Assembly: GCA_947474165.1 (NCBI GenBank)
Contig: CANJHO010000121.1
Span: 1-8,335 of the forward strand
Length of the DNA: 8,335 nucleotides
Source: Legionellaceae bacterium
Lineage (GTDB): Bacteria > Pseudomonadota > Gammaproteobacteria > Legionellales > Legionellaceae
Reading direction: 5' to 3'
Part shown: piece by piece, positions 1 through 6,649 of the stretch
How the letters are laid out: each line of letters begins with the position of its first letter
Numbering within the stretch: position 1 is the first letter of the stretch
Program-made: the position numbers and the translations under genes
Notes under the pieces: model-generated
The model's database searches: none
What the model saw: only the letters and a program-made list of their open reading frames with translations
Told to the model about the DNA's origin: nothing

Positions 1-2
1 AC

Positions 3-977
3 TACGATGCCTTGCAGCAGTACTACGATGACCGTGAAGCCAAGTATGGCTTGGCGCTATCCAATAGCAATCGCAAAACCCAAAATGCCGCATTTAATAG
101 AGTTTTTGATGAGGCTATTGTTCGGGGCTACTTGACTGAGAGTAATCGCCCCAAGCTAGATGGCAAGACTAAAGAGAGTGTGCGTCGTCCAGCATTTGAA
201 TTACATGAACTAAGAGCTTTATTAAAGCTACTGGGCCCATACATAGAATCAGGTCGAACTCGGGATGTACGTGAGCGTCGTGAAATCCTACGAGACTATG
301 TTGAGATGTTAGTTGATACAGGTGCAAGACCCGGTGCGGAACTATTAAATATGAAATGGAAGCAAATCCGTTTCATGATGAATCCCATTAGTACGGTGAC
401 AGATCAATTGGATGAAGATGGTGAAGTCATTGAAGTTCATAGCTTGAATCGTAGTTGTGAGATGACGGTTAAAGGCAAGACTGGGCAAAGGCAAATCATT
501 GGACGCTTACCAAGTGTCAGAGTCTTGGAGCGAATAGCCATGCGTAACTATGGAGTGGCTAGCTCAATTAAGGACCCATTGGCTGAACTAATTAAACCTA
601 CCAATGATGACTACATCTTTAGAACCATGGAAGGCCGGGATTTAAGTGATGTACTTAATCATATGTTTGACGGCTTCTTAGCGGACCATGGTTTATTAAT
701 AGATCCCAAGACTAATCAAAAGCGGGTGTTCTATAGTCTGCGTCATACTTATGCCACATTAGCGCTTACTCACGATATGGTGCCTATTCATACGCTAGCT
801 AAGCAGATGGGTACTAGCGTCTTGATGATTGAGAGGCACTATAGCCATTTACAAGTAATACAGGCTATTGAGCAATTACGCGGAACTAATACAAGAAAGC
901 TTATAGAAGCGGATAGTAAGGCAGCGGACAACTACCCGAGCAAGAAGCGGGCTCAGCAGGAGCTGCGGGCTGCTTGA
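3..977 (+). CDS. Tyrosine recombinase / phage-type integrase, C-terminal part (5' end off window)
   Basis: The frame is open to the window edge: codons at 3-11 contain no stop, and the TTG at 12 is only the first possible start in the track. Catalytic-domain motifs appear in order: VDTGARPGAEL (Arg I), FYSLRHTYATLAL (box II Arg-His) and LMIERHYSHL (nucleophile Tyr). Stop TGA at 975-977. Confidence 0.9.
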   Translation, partial: YDALQQYYDDREAKYGLALSNSNRKTQNAAFNRVFDEAIVRGYLTESNRPKLDGKTKESVRRPAFELHELRALLKLLGPYIESGRTRDVRERREILRDYVEMLVDTGARPGAELLNMKWKQIRFMMNPISTVTDQLDEDGEVIEVHSLNRSCEMTVKGKTGQRQIIGRLPSVRVLERIAMRNYGVASSIKDPLAELIKPTNDDYIFRTMEGRDLSDVLNHMFDGFLADHGLLIDPKTNQKRVFYSLRHTYATLALTHDMVPIHTLAKQMGTSVLMIERHYSHLQVIQAIEQLRGTNTRKLIEADSKAADNYPSKKRAQQELRAA

Positions 978-1086
978 AGCGCAAAGGCTATTTAAAGTAG
1001 CACTTATCTATCCAAAGCCTTCTGCAAATAGGGATCATCAGCCCTTCGAGTTGGTAGCCACTGTTTATAGTCGCTAGGCACATTTG

Positions 1087-1257
1087 CTAGCTGACGCTAT
1101 TTGTTGTTGCCAATTGCTGCTGCCCCGTTTTAATCTTCTGCCTAGCTCGCTCAGCTTTGACAGCCTCTTGATCTCGCTTAACGCGATCCCGCATGGATTT
1201 AAGTCTAGCTTGCTCGGGGCTTAAGGGTTTTATCGGAGCGATTTCATCGAATCTCAT
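1087..1257 (-). CDS. Possible 56-aa basic coiled-coil-like micro-protein (MRFDEIAPIKPLSPEQARLKSMRDRVKRDQEAVKAERARQKIKTGQQQLATTNSVS)
   Basis: Hand-translated; not in the ORF track because it is below the size cutoff. The ATG at 1257 lies 2 nt after the stop of the upstream micro-ORF (TAA 1260-1262), which suggests coupling. Only a weak GGGT SD-like sequence is present. No family recognised. Confidence 0.3.
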   Translation of the reverse strand: MRFDEIAPIKPLSPEQARLKSMRDRVKRDQEAVKAERARQKIKTGQQQLATTNSVS

Positions 1258-1259
1258 AG

Positions 1260-1406
1260 TTACCCAATCTGTAATGGTTGATGCGGCACGTTACTAGAGC
1301 CAAAAATCGCCTTGAATAGTGCATATGCTTGAGCTTGATTTTGAGCATAGAGAATCGTTTCCACCCACATCCCTGCCGCATTTACTGTCGTTTTGTATCG
1401 TTTCAT
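1260..1406 (-). CDS. Possible 48-aa micro-protein (MKRYKTTVNAAGMWVETILYAQNQAQAYALFKAIFGSSNVPHQPLQIG)
   Basis: Hand-translated from the minus strand. It has a protein-like composition and the same orientation as the 150-aa gene upstream. No clear SD precedes ATG 1406. Confidence 0.3.
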   Translation of the reverse strand: MKRYKTTVNAAGMWVETILYAQNQAQAYALFKAIFGSSNVPHQPLQIG

Positions 1407-1438
1407 GTAGATATTTAGCTTTTCTTATCAAGCTTTTG

Positions 1439-1473
1439 CAATGCAAGCGTTACTTAAAGTAATGCTTGCATTG
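1439..1473. repeat. 35-bp near-perfect palindrome CAATGCAAGCGTTACTT-A-AAGTAATGCTTGCATTG
   Basis: Outer 10-bp arms are perfect (CAATGCAAGC / GCTTGCATTG). The inner arms pair with one G.T position. It sits 4 nt downstream of the stop (1478-1480) of the minus-strand 150-aa gene. No U-run follows it on the minus-strand transcript, so it is not a canonical intrinsic terminator. Confidence 0.85.
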
Positions 1474-1477
1474 ATAT

Positions 1478-1930
1478 CTACTTGTTTTTATTGAAATTCA
1501 TTTTTAGTGCGCCACTAGCCACCTCAATGGCTGCATCCAAATTGCCACCTTCAGTTTCTGACTTGAGTAATTCCAGTGCCACTATTAAGTCAGTCATATT
1601 TGTCACGCAGATCGATGTTTTGCCAGGAACAATTTCGATACGCTTGCTACCGTAAAACACTGATAAACATAAGGCGCCATCAACTGCCATAAACCACCAG
1701 GGCTTGATGCGCTTAGGACGTTCAATGCTTTTATAGTTTCCTTCTACATCTTTAACCGTAACCCTGCGTTTCACAACAAAGTGGGTATGTTCTATTTGGC
1801 TCCTAGCTAATTGGATCTGCTCCCAAAGTTTATTGCTTAGCTTATTACGTCTTTGCTGTACTGCCGGCATAGATCTTGGTCGTACAGCATCGACAAATTG
1901 CAGATTACTTAAAGCATTTGGTGTGCCCAT
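1478..1930 (-). CDS. Hypothetical protein, 150 aa
   Basis: Track ORF. A GGAGA SD lies 5 nt upstream of ATG 1930 (minus-strand sequence GGAGAACACCATG). The composition is protein-like, with basic RRNKLSNKLWEQ and KRIKPWWF segments. From memory it resembles DUF-type hypotheticals found on proteobacterial islands, but I cannot verify that here. Confidence 0.75.
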   Translation of the reverse strand: MGTPNALSNLQFVDAVRPRSMPAVQQRRNKLSNKLWEQIQLARSQIEHTHFVVKRRVTVKDVEGNYKSIERPKRIKPWWFMAVDGALCLSVFYGSKRIEIVPGKTSICVTNMTDLIVALELLKSETEGGNLDAAIEVASGALKMNFNKNK

Positions 1931-2156
1931 GGTGTTCTCCTTACAAAAGTGGGGTACACAAGCAATGTATGGCTGACCAAGGGTTTAGGGCGACCTCTAT
2001 TTGGTGTTCTGTGAAATTCAGAGCATTTTGGACAGAAAAAATGCGGTCTTTCTTATCAAGAGATAAATATTTTTGTGAGTTGCTCGGTTGCGACAGAGTG
2101 GGTTACAAAGGTAAGGGAAAAACGTTACTAGCTGAGTAAGTGGTAGCTAATGGAGT

Positions 2157-2171
2157 TAAGTGAGTCACTTA
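2157..2171. promoter_or_regulatory. 15-bp palindrome TAAGTGA-G-TCACTTA, an operator candidate in the leader of the 153-aa gene
   Basis: Perfect 7-bp arms. A related half-site, TCACTAAGT, recurs at 2239-2247. The palindrome lies 165 bp upstream of ATG 2336. Confidence 0.3.
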
Positions 2172-2335
2172 GTGGCAAATGAATAACTCTGACTAGCAAC
2201 ACAAAAGCACTTCTCTCTAATGAGAGAAGCAACTAATCACTAAGTAACGATCTTTTGAGATCTCTTCTTCTAGTAACTAACGTAGAAACTAAAACCAAGC
2301 GACTTGCAACATCACTCATCTAAAAGGAGATAAAA

Positions 2336-2797
2336 ATGAGAGAAATTGCAGTCAGAATGTTTATTAATGAAAAATTTGCTGGAAGCTATGGAAATATGGT
2401 GTTTAATCGCGCTGCTTATAACGGCTCAATCGAACTACATAACCCTATGCAAAAGTATTTAGTGGATTTTTATAGCTACATCCATTGGGAAAACCGTGCT
2501 CAGACACAAGAGCAAATAGATATCGTCAATGAGCTGATTAATACAGACTTACCTAAAGCGCCCAATATCCTGATGTCATGGATACTGCATTGGGATAGGG
2601 ATGCAAAGATTAAACAAACAGTGCCGGGATTCTGTGCGTATTTGCCAGATAGCGGGGAAATGCATTTGCGTATTGGCGATGAGCAGCGGGGGACAAAAGG
2701 GAGTTGGGACTTGTCAGTGCGCCACTGCAAAAACGCAGGGCCAAAGCTTCCCGTGTTTATTGCTACTAATGTGGATTTAACAGTTTGGCAACAATAG
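2336..2797 (+). CDS. Hypothetical protein, 153 aa
   Basis: Track ORF. A strong SD (AAAGGAGA) lies 6 nt before the ATG, and a clean terminator follows 31 nt after the stop. No family recognised. Confidence 0.8.
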   Translation: MREIAVRMFINEKFAGSYGNMVFNRAAYNGSIELHNPMQKYLVDFYSYIHWENRAQTQEQIDIVNELINTDLPKAPNILMSWILHWDRDAKIKQTVPGFCAYLPDSGEMHLRIGDEQRGTKGSWDLSVRHCKNAGPKLPVFIATNVDLTVWQQ

Positions 2798-2818
2798 CGA
2801 ATACATAAAATTGTTAAG

Positions 2819-2966
2819 AAACCCCTCAAAAAAGCCTGCTGAACGCGGGCTTTTTGCATTCTTAAGCATGGTTAGCTGAGATTGCATAAACGCAGTACAG
2901 CGTGGATTTGAGGTGTTTTTAGTGGTGTGTCAAAAACCCACAGTATTTGCATATAAACCCCTCAAA
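2819..2966. repeat. Three clustered copies of the 12-mer AAACCCCTCAAA (two direct, one inverted)
   Basis: Exact copies at 2819-2830 and 2955-2966. An inverted 11/12 copy, TTTGAGGTGTTT, lies at 2907-2918. All are in the non-coding region upstream of the short recombinase gene. Confidence 0.6.
2828..2855 (+). terminator. Rho-independent terminator, bidirectional-looking
   Basis: A-run 2828-2833, stem GCCTGC (2834-2839), loop TGAAC, stem GCGGGC (2845-2850, one G.U pair), T-run 2851-2855. Confidence 0.8.
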
Positions 2967-3075
2967 TTCTTAGTCAATTTGTTGTCTAGATCTCACATAA
3001 AACAGCTAAATATTAAGCGTAGTGTGCATATAAGAAAAATATGCTTTTCTTTTGTGAATGATGCAAGTCGTTGAT

Positions 3076-3095
3076 TCTTGGAAGATCTTGGAAGT
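3076..3095. repeat. Tandem decamer TCTTGGAAGA / TCTTGGAAGT
   Basis: Two adjacent 10-bp units with 9/10 identity and one helical turn of phasing. They lie 143 bp upstream of the recombinase ATG. Confidence 0.6.
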
Positions 3096-3237
3096 CCATG
3101 GTTTCGCTAAGAATCATTGGGTAAAGATGACAAATCATAAGAATTCAACTAAATCTCTTGGCAAATAGAGGTCGACCATTAGCCCATAAGAAAACAAACT
3201 ACATACATGTTTTTTATTAACTACAAAGGAAAAATAG

Positions 3238-3804
3238 ATGGCACAAGCTAAAACATTGACACCTCAAGAGCTAGATAAAGTATTGGCATACGTAGCTACA
3301 AAGAAGTACCCTGAGCGCGATAGAGCGTTGATATTGACTAGTTGCTACTCAGGTCTTCGTGTTGCTGAAATCGCCAGCTTAAAAATGCGCGATGTAGTTA
3401 ATGAAGACGGCACGATTCGCAATGAAGTACGTTTAAGCGCAGCGCAGACTAAGGGTGGACAACCTAGAACGGTATTTTTACCTAAGAAATTACAAGATGA
3501 ATTGGCGATTTATTTGGCTACTCGCTATGCCAAGTTTCCGGATGTGCCATTCTTCCATACCGCTAAAAGACTAGGATTCTCAGCGAACTCTTTATGCCAA
3601 TGGTTTTTTTGGGCTTATCGCAATGCTGGAATCGCTGGAGCTTCAAGTCATAGTGGTCGCAGAACCTTTATTACAACACTGGCAAACAAAGGTATCTCCG
3701 TAAGGGTGCTGGCTGGATTGGCGGGACATAAATCTATTGCTGTAACTCAGAAATATATCGACGTCAATCCAGATCTCATGCGTAATGCAGTGGAGTTGAT
3801 CTGA
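3238..3804 (+). CDS. Short (188 aa) catalytic-domain-only tyrosine recombinase, FimB/FimE size class
   Basis: Track ORF with an AAGGA SD upstream. Motifs: YSGLRVAEIASL (Arg I), SSHSGRRTFITTLA (His-x-x-Arg), LAGHKSIAVTQKYI (His ... Tyr nucleophile). There is no room for an N-terminal core-binding domain. Confidence 0.88.
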   Translation: MAQAKTLTPQELDKVLAYVATKKYPERDRALILTSCYSGLRVAEIASLKMRDVVNEDGTIRNEVRLSAAQTKGGQPRTVFLPKKLQDELAIYLATRYAKFPDVPFFHTAKRLGFSANSLCQWFFWAYRNAGIAGASSHSGRRTFITTLANKGISVRVLAGLAGHKSIAVTQKYIDVNPDLMRNAVELI

Positions 3805-3825
3805 TAACCATTATTATGAGAAGTA

Positions 3826-4794
3826 CTAATCAGGACTTTTTTTCAAAAAAGAAAAATCATCATAATGATATTTTGCTTCTATACCTGGCCTAAGCATTTC
3901 GGCAATTTGTAAATATCCGTCTACATAATCATCGGCTTGAACCTCAACTATTCTTGCACCTAAATCAGATAACATGGTTCTGATGCATTGTTGACTAACT
4001 GATTTAATCTTATTTGGCAATTCAATTGAGTAATAACTAATCCCACCAATATTAGATGGATGCTGTGCTTGTAAGCTAGCTTTTTCAGAAATTAACCACC
4101 ATAAGATAATTTCAGAGAAGTCTAAACCAAGGCCTATGATGTGAATCTGATCTTTAAGAAATACGTCTACCCATGAGTAAAGTTCACAATTTTTCTCAAA
4201 GTTAAAGTTTGGTTTTTTACCCATTAGCGGTGAGCGGACAGGTTCATTCATGTGCGCAAACTGGATTCCTTTATAAAGATAGTCCTTCACTTGCCCCATA
4301 TACTTTGCATACTGGTTATACCCCAGCAACATAGAGCTAGGTTTTTCAACGTCACCATGTATTTTCCAAAAAACTTTCTTACCATCCGTCTTCGCTCTAA
4401 ATAGTGAGTGATATTTTTCTGATACTTTTTGAAATTTAGGTGTGAATGGGTGTTTATAGCCAACGCCGCCATCTACTGAGCGGTTGTAGTTAGTTGTAAG
4501 TATATTTCTTGCTAATCCACTATAGATATCAGTTAAACGATTTGCTAAGCCACTTTTTGACAGAAGTTGCGCGACATCTTTTATTAATTCATTAGGATCT
4601 TTTCCATCCCTAATTAGTTGCAGCCTAATTTTCTCAAATACTAAAGGTAATGGTTTCTGGTTTAGGTCATAGACTGGTACCGAGAATCGTTCTGATAATT
4701 TATTTAAAATATCCTCCCACGATAAGCCACCAAAAGTTGGTTCTAAAGAGCGTGTGATTCCATTGCCAAGTAAAACTGTATTTTTAATAGCCAT
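3826..4794 (-). CDS. SIR2-like (SIR2_2 / ThsA-type) protein, 322 aa, putative NAD+ glycohydrolase effector
   Basis: Track ORF with an AAGGA SD 6 nt before ATG 4794. Ordered motifs: VLLGNGITRS..LSWEDIL, ILTTNYN (Asn102, codon 4489-4491), WKIHGD (His146, codon 4357-4359) and IHIIGLGLDFSEIILWW. No additional domain is apparent. Confidence 0.8.
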   Translation of the reverse strand: MAIKNTVLLGNGITRSLEPTFGGLSWEDILNKLSERFSVPVYDLNQKPLPLVFEKIRLQLIRDGKDPNELIKDVAQLLSKSGLANRLTDIYSGLARNILTTNYNRSVDGGVGYKHPFTPKFQKVSEKYHSLFRAKTDGKKVFWKIHGDVEKPSSMLLGYNQYAKYMGQVKDYLYKGIQFAHMNEPVRSPLMGKKPNFNFEKNCELYSWVDVFLKDQIHIIGLGLDFSEIILWWLISEKASLQAQHPSNIGGISYYSIELPNKIKSVSQQCIRTMLSDLGARIVEVQADDYVDGYLQIAEMLRPGIEAKYHYDDFSFLKKSPD

Positions 4795-4819
4795 TTCTTA
4801 TCCTTAACTTTAATAACAC

Positions 4820-5551
4820 TTATTCAATTGATGGGAACTTCAGTCTTGCCGCGTTGTAAACCAGTCTCTCCGCCTGCTCTTTATATCTACTGGCAGCCAT
4901 TTGACGTCTTTGCTTCTCTTGCTCTGCGCTATTAGATTCTTGAACTTTTCTACCAAGGTGGATTTCAGCTAGTTTCGCTCTTTGCGCTAGTTGATAGAGC
5001 TGAATATCAGGGTTGCGGTAAAGGATTTCTGCAACGTCTACTAGGATTGGGATGGTTTTATGTTGTAGCTTAGTAGTTTCGAGTTGGACTAAAGCAGTAC
5101 TTTGAGCCCTCACGTCCAAGTTCTTGCCATCATGATGTTCGTCTAAGAGCTTGTTAATTTGCTCAAGTATGGTCACTCGTCGTAAATTCAATGGAATGTC
5201 GAGAATTAAGAAATTTTTTGGTTCGACTTCTAATTTATTTAAAACTTCAGCCTGGTCAATTGCGCGAACTTTAGAGTATTGATGCCGCTCGCTAAAAATG
5301 CGCTTACCGATATTTCCCCACCATTGTGCCCACGAGACATTTACATCTCCGAATAAGGCATAGGTATCTGCAAGAGCGTGGTTTTTACCGCCTTTTGAAC
5401 AACATTCTAGGTATTCATTGCTGGCATTAAGACAGCGCCACCATTCGTAGTACAGCGTATCTTTGGCTTTGCGCCAATCATCTACTGTTGAACGACCTTT
5501 GCGAAGTCCGCCGGGAATCTCTTTATAGAGCCCCAATTTTTCATCTGACAT
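4820..5551 (-). CDS. Unknown 243-aa protein, upstream operon partner of the SIR2-like gene
   Basis: Track ORF, 25 nt upstream of the SIR2-like gene and co-directional with it. Trp-rich N-terminal half (DDWRKAKDTLYYEWWRCLNASNEY, SWAQWWGNIGKR) and a charged helical C-terminal tail (EQEKQRRQMAASRYKEQAERL). Weak SD (AGG). No family confidently recognised. Confidence 0.75.
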   Translation of the reverse strand: MSDEKLGLYKEIPGGLRKGRSTVDDWRKAKDTLYYEWWRCLNASNEYLECCSKGGKNHALADTYALFGDVNVSWAQWWGNIGKRIFSERHQYSKVRAIDQAEVLNKLEVEPKNFLILDIPLNLRRVTILEQINKLLDEHHDGKNLDVRAQSTALVQLETTKLQHKTIPILVDVAEILYRNPDIQLYQLAQRAKLAEIHLGRKVQESNSAEQEKQRRQMAASRYKEQAERLVYNAARLKFPSIE

Positions 5552-5646
5552 ATGAGCCTATATTTAAATGACGCACTAAAAATAGATATGAAAAGTATAA
5601 GCACAATTCTTATCTACTTTGATTAGCGTTTACCCCTTAATGGGAC

Positions 5647-5686
5647 ATTAACAAAACTGACATAAATCAACTGTTCATCCGAAAAA
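5647..5686 (+). promoter_or_regulatory. Partial (first 40 bp) copy of the conserved array element, in the divergent intergenic region
   Basis: ATTAACAAAACTGACATAAATCAACTGTTCATCCGAAAAA matches about 31/40 positions of 6650-6689. The internal spacing is identical: TTCATCCGAAAA begins 27 nt after ATTAAC in both. Confidence 0.6.
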
Positions 5687-5745
5687 GACCCCTATTTTTA
5701 TAGACTCATATAGCGAAATAACTCGCATAACAATGGAGAAACAAG

Positions 5746-6588
5746 ATGAAAAAGAATGGAAAGTTATTAGTAGAGCAAGTGTTATCAGAAGGGGATTTAC
5801 TGGCACAGCAGCAAGTTGATTTTTACGATAACTACATTGTGAAAGCAAACGACGTTTTATATGGGCTATTGGCTGATTTAATGCGATATAGCGATCAGGT
5901 TCTGGGGTCTGACTATAAGCTAGAAATTCTATCCAAAATGCGCAGTACTTTATCAACCAAGCACCATATCAAAGTTCAAAAAAATACCCCAGATCTGACC
6001 ATTATTGTGAAATATGTAGTGCGCACTAATCGTAAAAATGCGCACGTTTATGCCAGAGTGCTTGATATGGCTTATAGACAGGATGTAATGGCTGATGAGC
6101 TAGAAGATTTCATACGCCAAAACGGAGGAATTGACCGTATTCGCGAAAGTAATGTGAATTTAGAAGGCGTACAAAAGCGCAAAAGTGAAGATGAGGGTAG
6201 GACAAAGCTTGTGAAAGCACTTTTAAACATAAAAGCTGAAACGCCTATGGCTGAGTTTAGGATTCCAGGCGAATGGACCAGTCAAGTACATGATTCGCAT
6301 GGTGTTGGCTCATTTCTATATCCCATTTGCGCCAAAGTTGATGGAATTTACAAAGTAGTAGGGATTGTTCCTATGGATTATGAGTTTGAGGAGCAAATTC
6401 TTAAACGGGTAATAGTGGACATTGGCAGCAAAGGGAGTTATTCAGAAATTGAAAAACAGCAATTTGCAAAAGCAAAAGAGATGATTTCGCCTGCTTATCA
6501 ACTCAAGATACAAGAGGAGCGCGATAGGGTTGATGAACAACGTCGAGCCAAAAAGCTGACTCTCCAGCCGCTACCAATGGCTGCATGA
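5746..6588 (+). CDS. Hypothetical protein, 280 aa, first gene of the plus-strand array
   Basis: Track ORF with a GGAGA SD 6 nt upstream of the ATG. Charged C-terminal region (EERDRVDEQRRAKK); the protein ends ...PLPMAA. No family recognised. Confidence 0.8.
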   Translation: MKKNGKLLVEQVLSEGDLLAQQQVDFYDNYIVKANDVLYGLLADLMRYSDQVLGSDYKLEILSKMRSTLSTKHHIKVQKNTPDLTIIVKYVVRTNRKNAHVYARVLDMAYRQDVMADELEDFIRQNGGIDRIRESNVNLEGVQKRKSEDEGRTKLVKALLNIKAETPMAEFRIPGEWTSQVHDSHGVGSFLYPICAKVDGIYKVVGIVPMDYEFEEQILKRVIVDIGSKGSYSEIEKQQFAKAKEMISPAYQLKIQEERDRVDEQRRAKKLTLQPLPMAA

Positions 6589-6612
6589 AACAAGTGTTAC
6601 TTGCAGTAACGG

Positions 6613-6634
6613 TGCCACCTTCGGGTGGCATTTT
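6613..6634 (+). terminator. Rho-independent terminator TGCCACC-TTCG-GGTGGCA-TTTT (copy 1 of 3)
   Basis: Perfect 7-bp stem, UUCG tetraloop and T-run, starting 24 nt after stop 6588. The same 22-mer occurs at 7183 and 7738. Confidence 0.9.
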
Positions 6635-6649
6635 CGTTAAAAGCTATCG

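Noticed and set aside
1421-2060. 12-mer TTTCTTATCAAG at 1421-1432 and 2049-2060, flanking the 150-aa gene
   Set aside because: A single exact 12-mer pair in about 8 kb of AT-rich DNA is roughly what chance predicts, and no supporting promoter geometry was found around either copy.
1876-2139. Track ORF, 87 aa, plus strand
   Set aside because: It starts only at a TTG with no SD. It overlaps the 5' end, SD and upstream region of the better-supported minus-strand 150-aa gene. Its Cys/Trp/Phe-rich composition looks non-protein-like.
2500-2859. Track ORF, 119 aa, minus strand
   Set aside because: It is an antisense shadow of the 153-aa gene (2336-2797). It begins inside the terminator hairpin, has no SD, and is Cys/Ser/Ile-rich with low complexity.
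3058-3168. 36-aa plus-strand ORF (MMQVVDSWKILEVHGFAKNHWVKMTNHKNSTKSLGK) in the recombinase upstream region
   Set aside because: It has no SD and spans the tandem decamer repeat. It is better explained as non-coding regulatory DNA.
3822-3843. Hairpin AGTACT-AATC-AGGACT plus T7 as a terminator for the recombinase gene
   Set aside because: The 6-bp stem has a mismatch and is AT-rich, and it lies inside the 3' coding end of the convergent SIR2-like gene. It is too weak to call.
4287-4472. Track ORF, 61 aa, minus strand
   Set aside because: It is nested out of frame inside the SIR2-like gene, and there is no independent evidence for it.
5703-5713. GACTCATATAG upstream of the 280-aa gene resembles the T7-type promoter core GACTCACTATAG
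   Set aside because: It is one base shorter in a spacing-critical promoter. It is not shared by the three full module copies, and no single-subunit RNA polymerase gene is in the window. I treat it as coincidence unless a start site maps there.
5675-5956. Track ORF, 93 aa, minus strand
   Set aside because: It is antisense across the SD, start and conserved upstream element of the 280-aa gene. It gives a hydrophobic low-complexity translation with no SD.
6627-6642. TGGCAT in the terminator 3' arm as a sigma54 -24 element
   Set aside because: No GC (-12 TTGC) element occurs at the required spacing in any copy.
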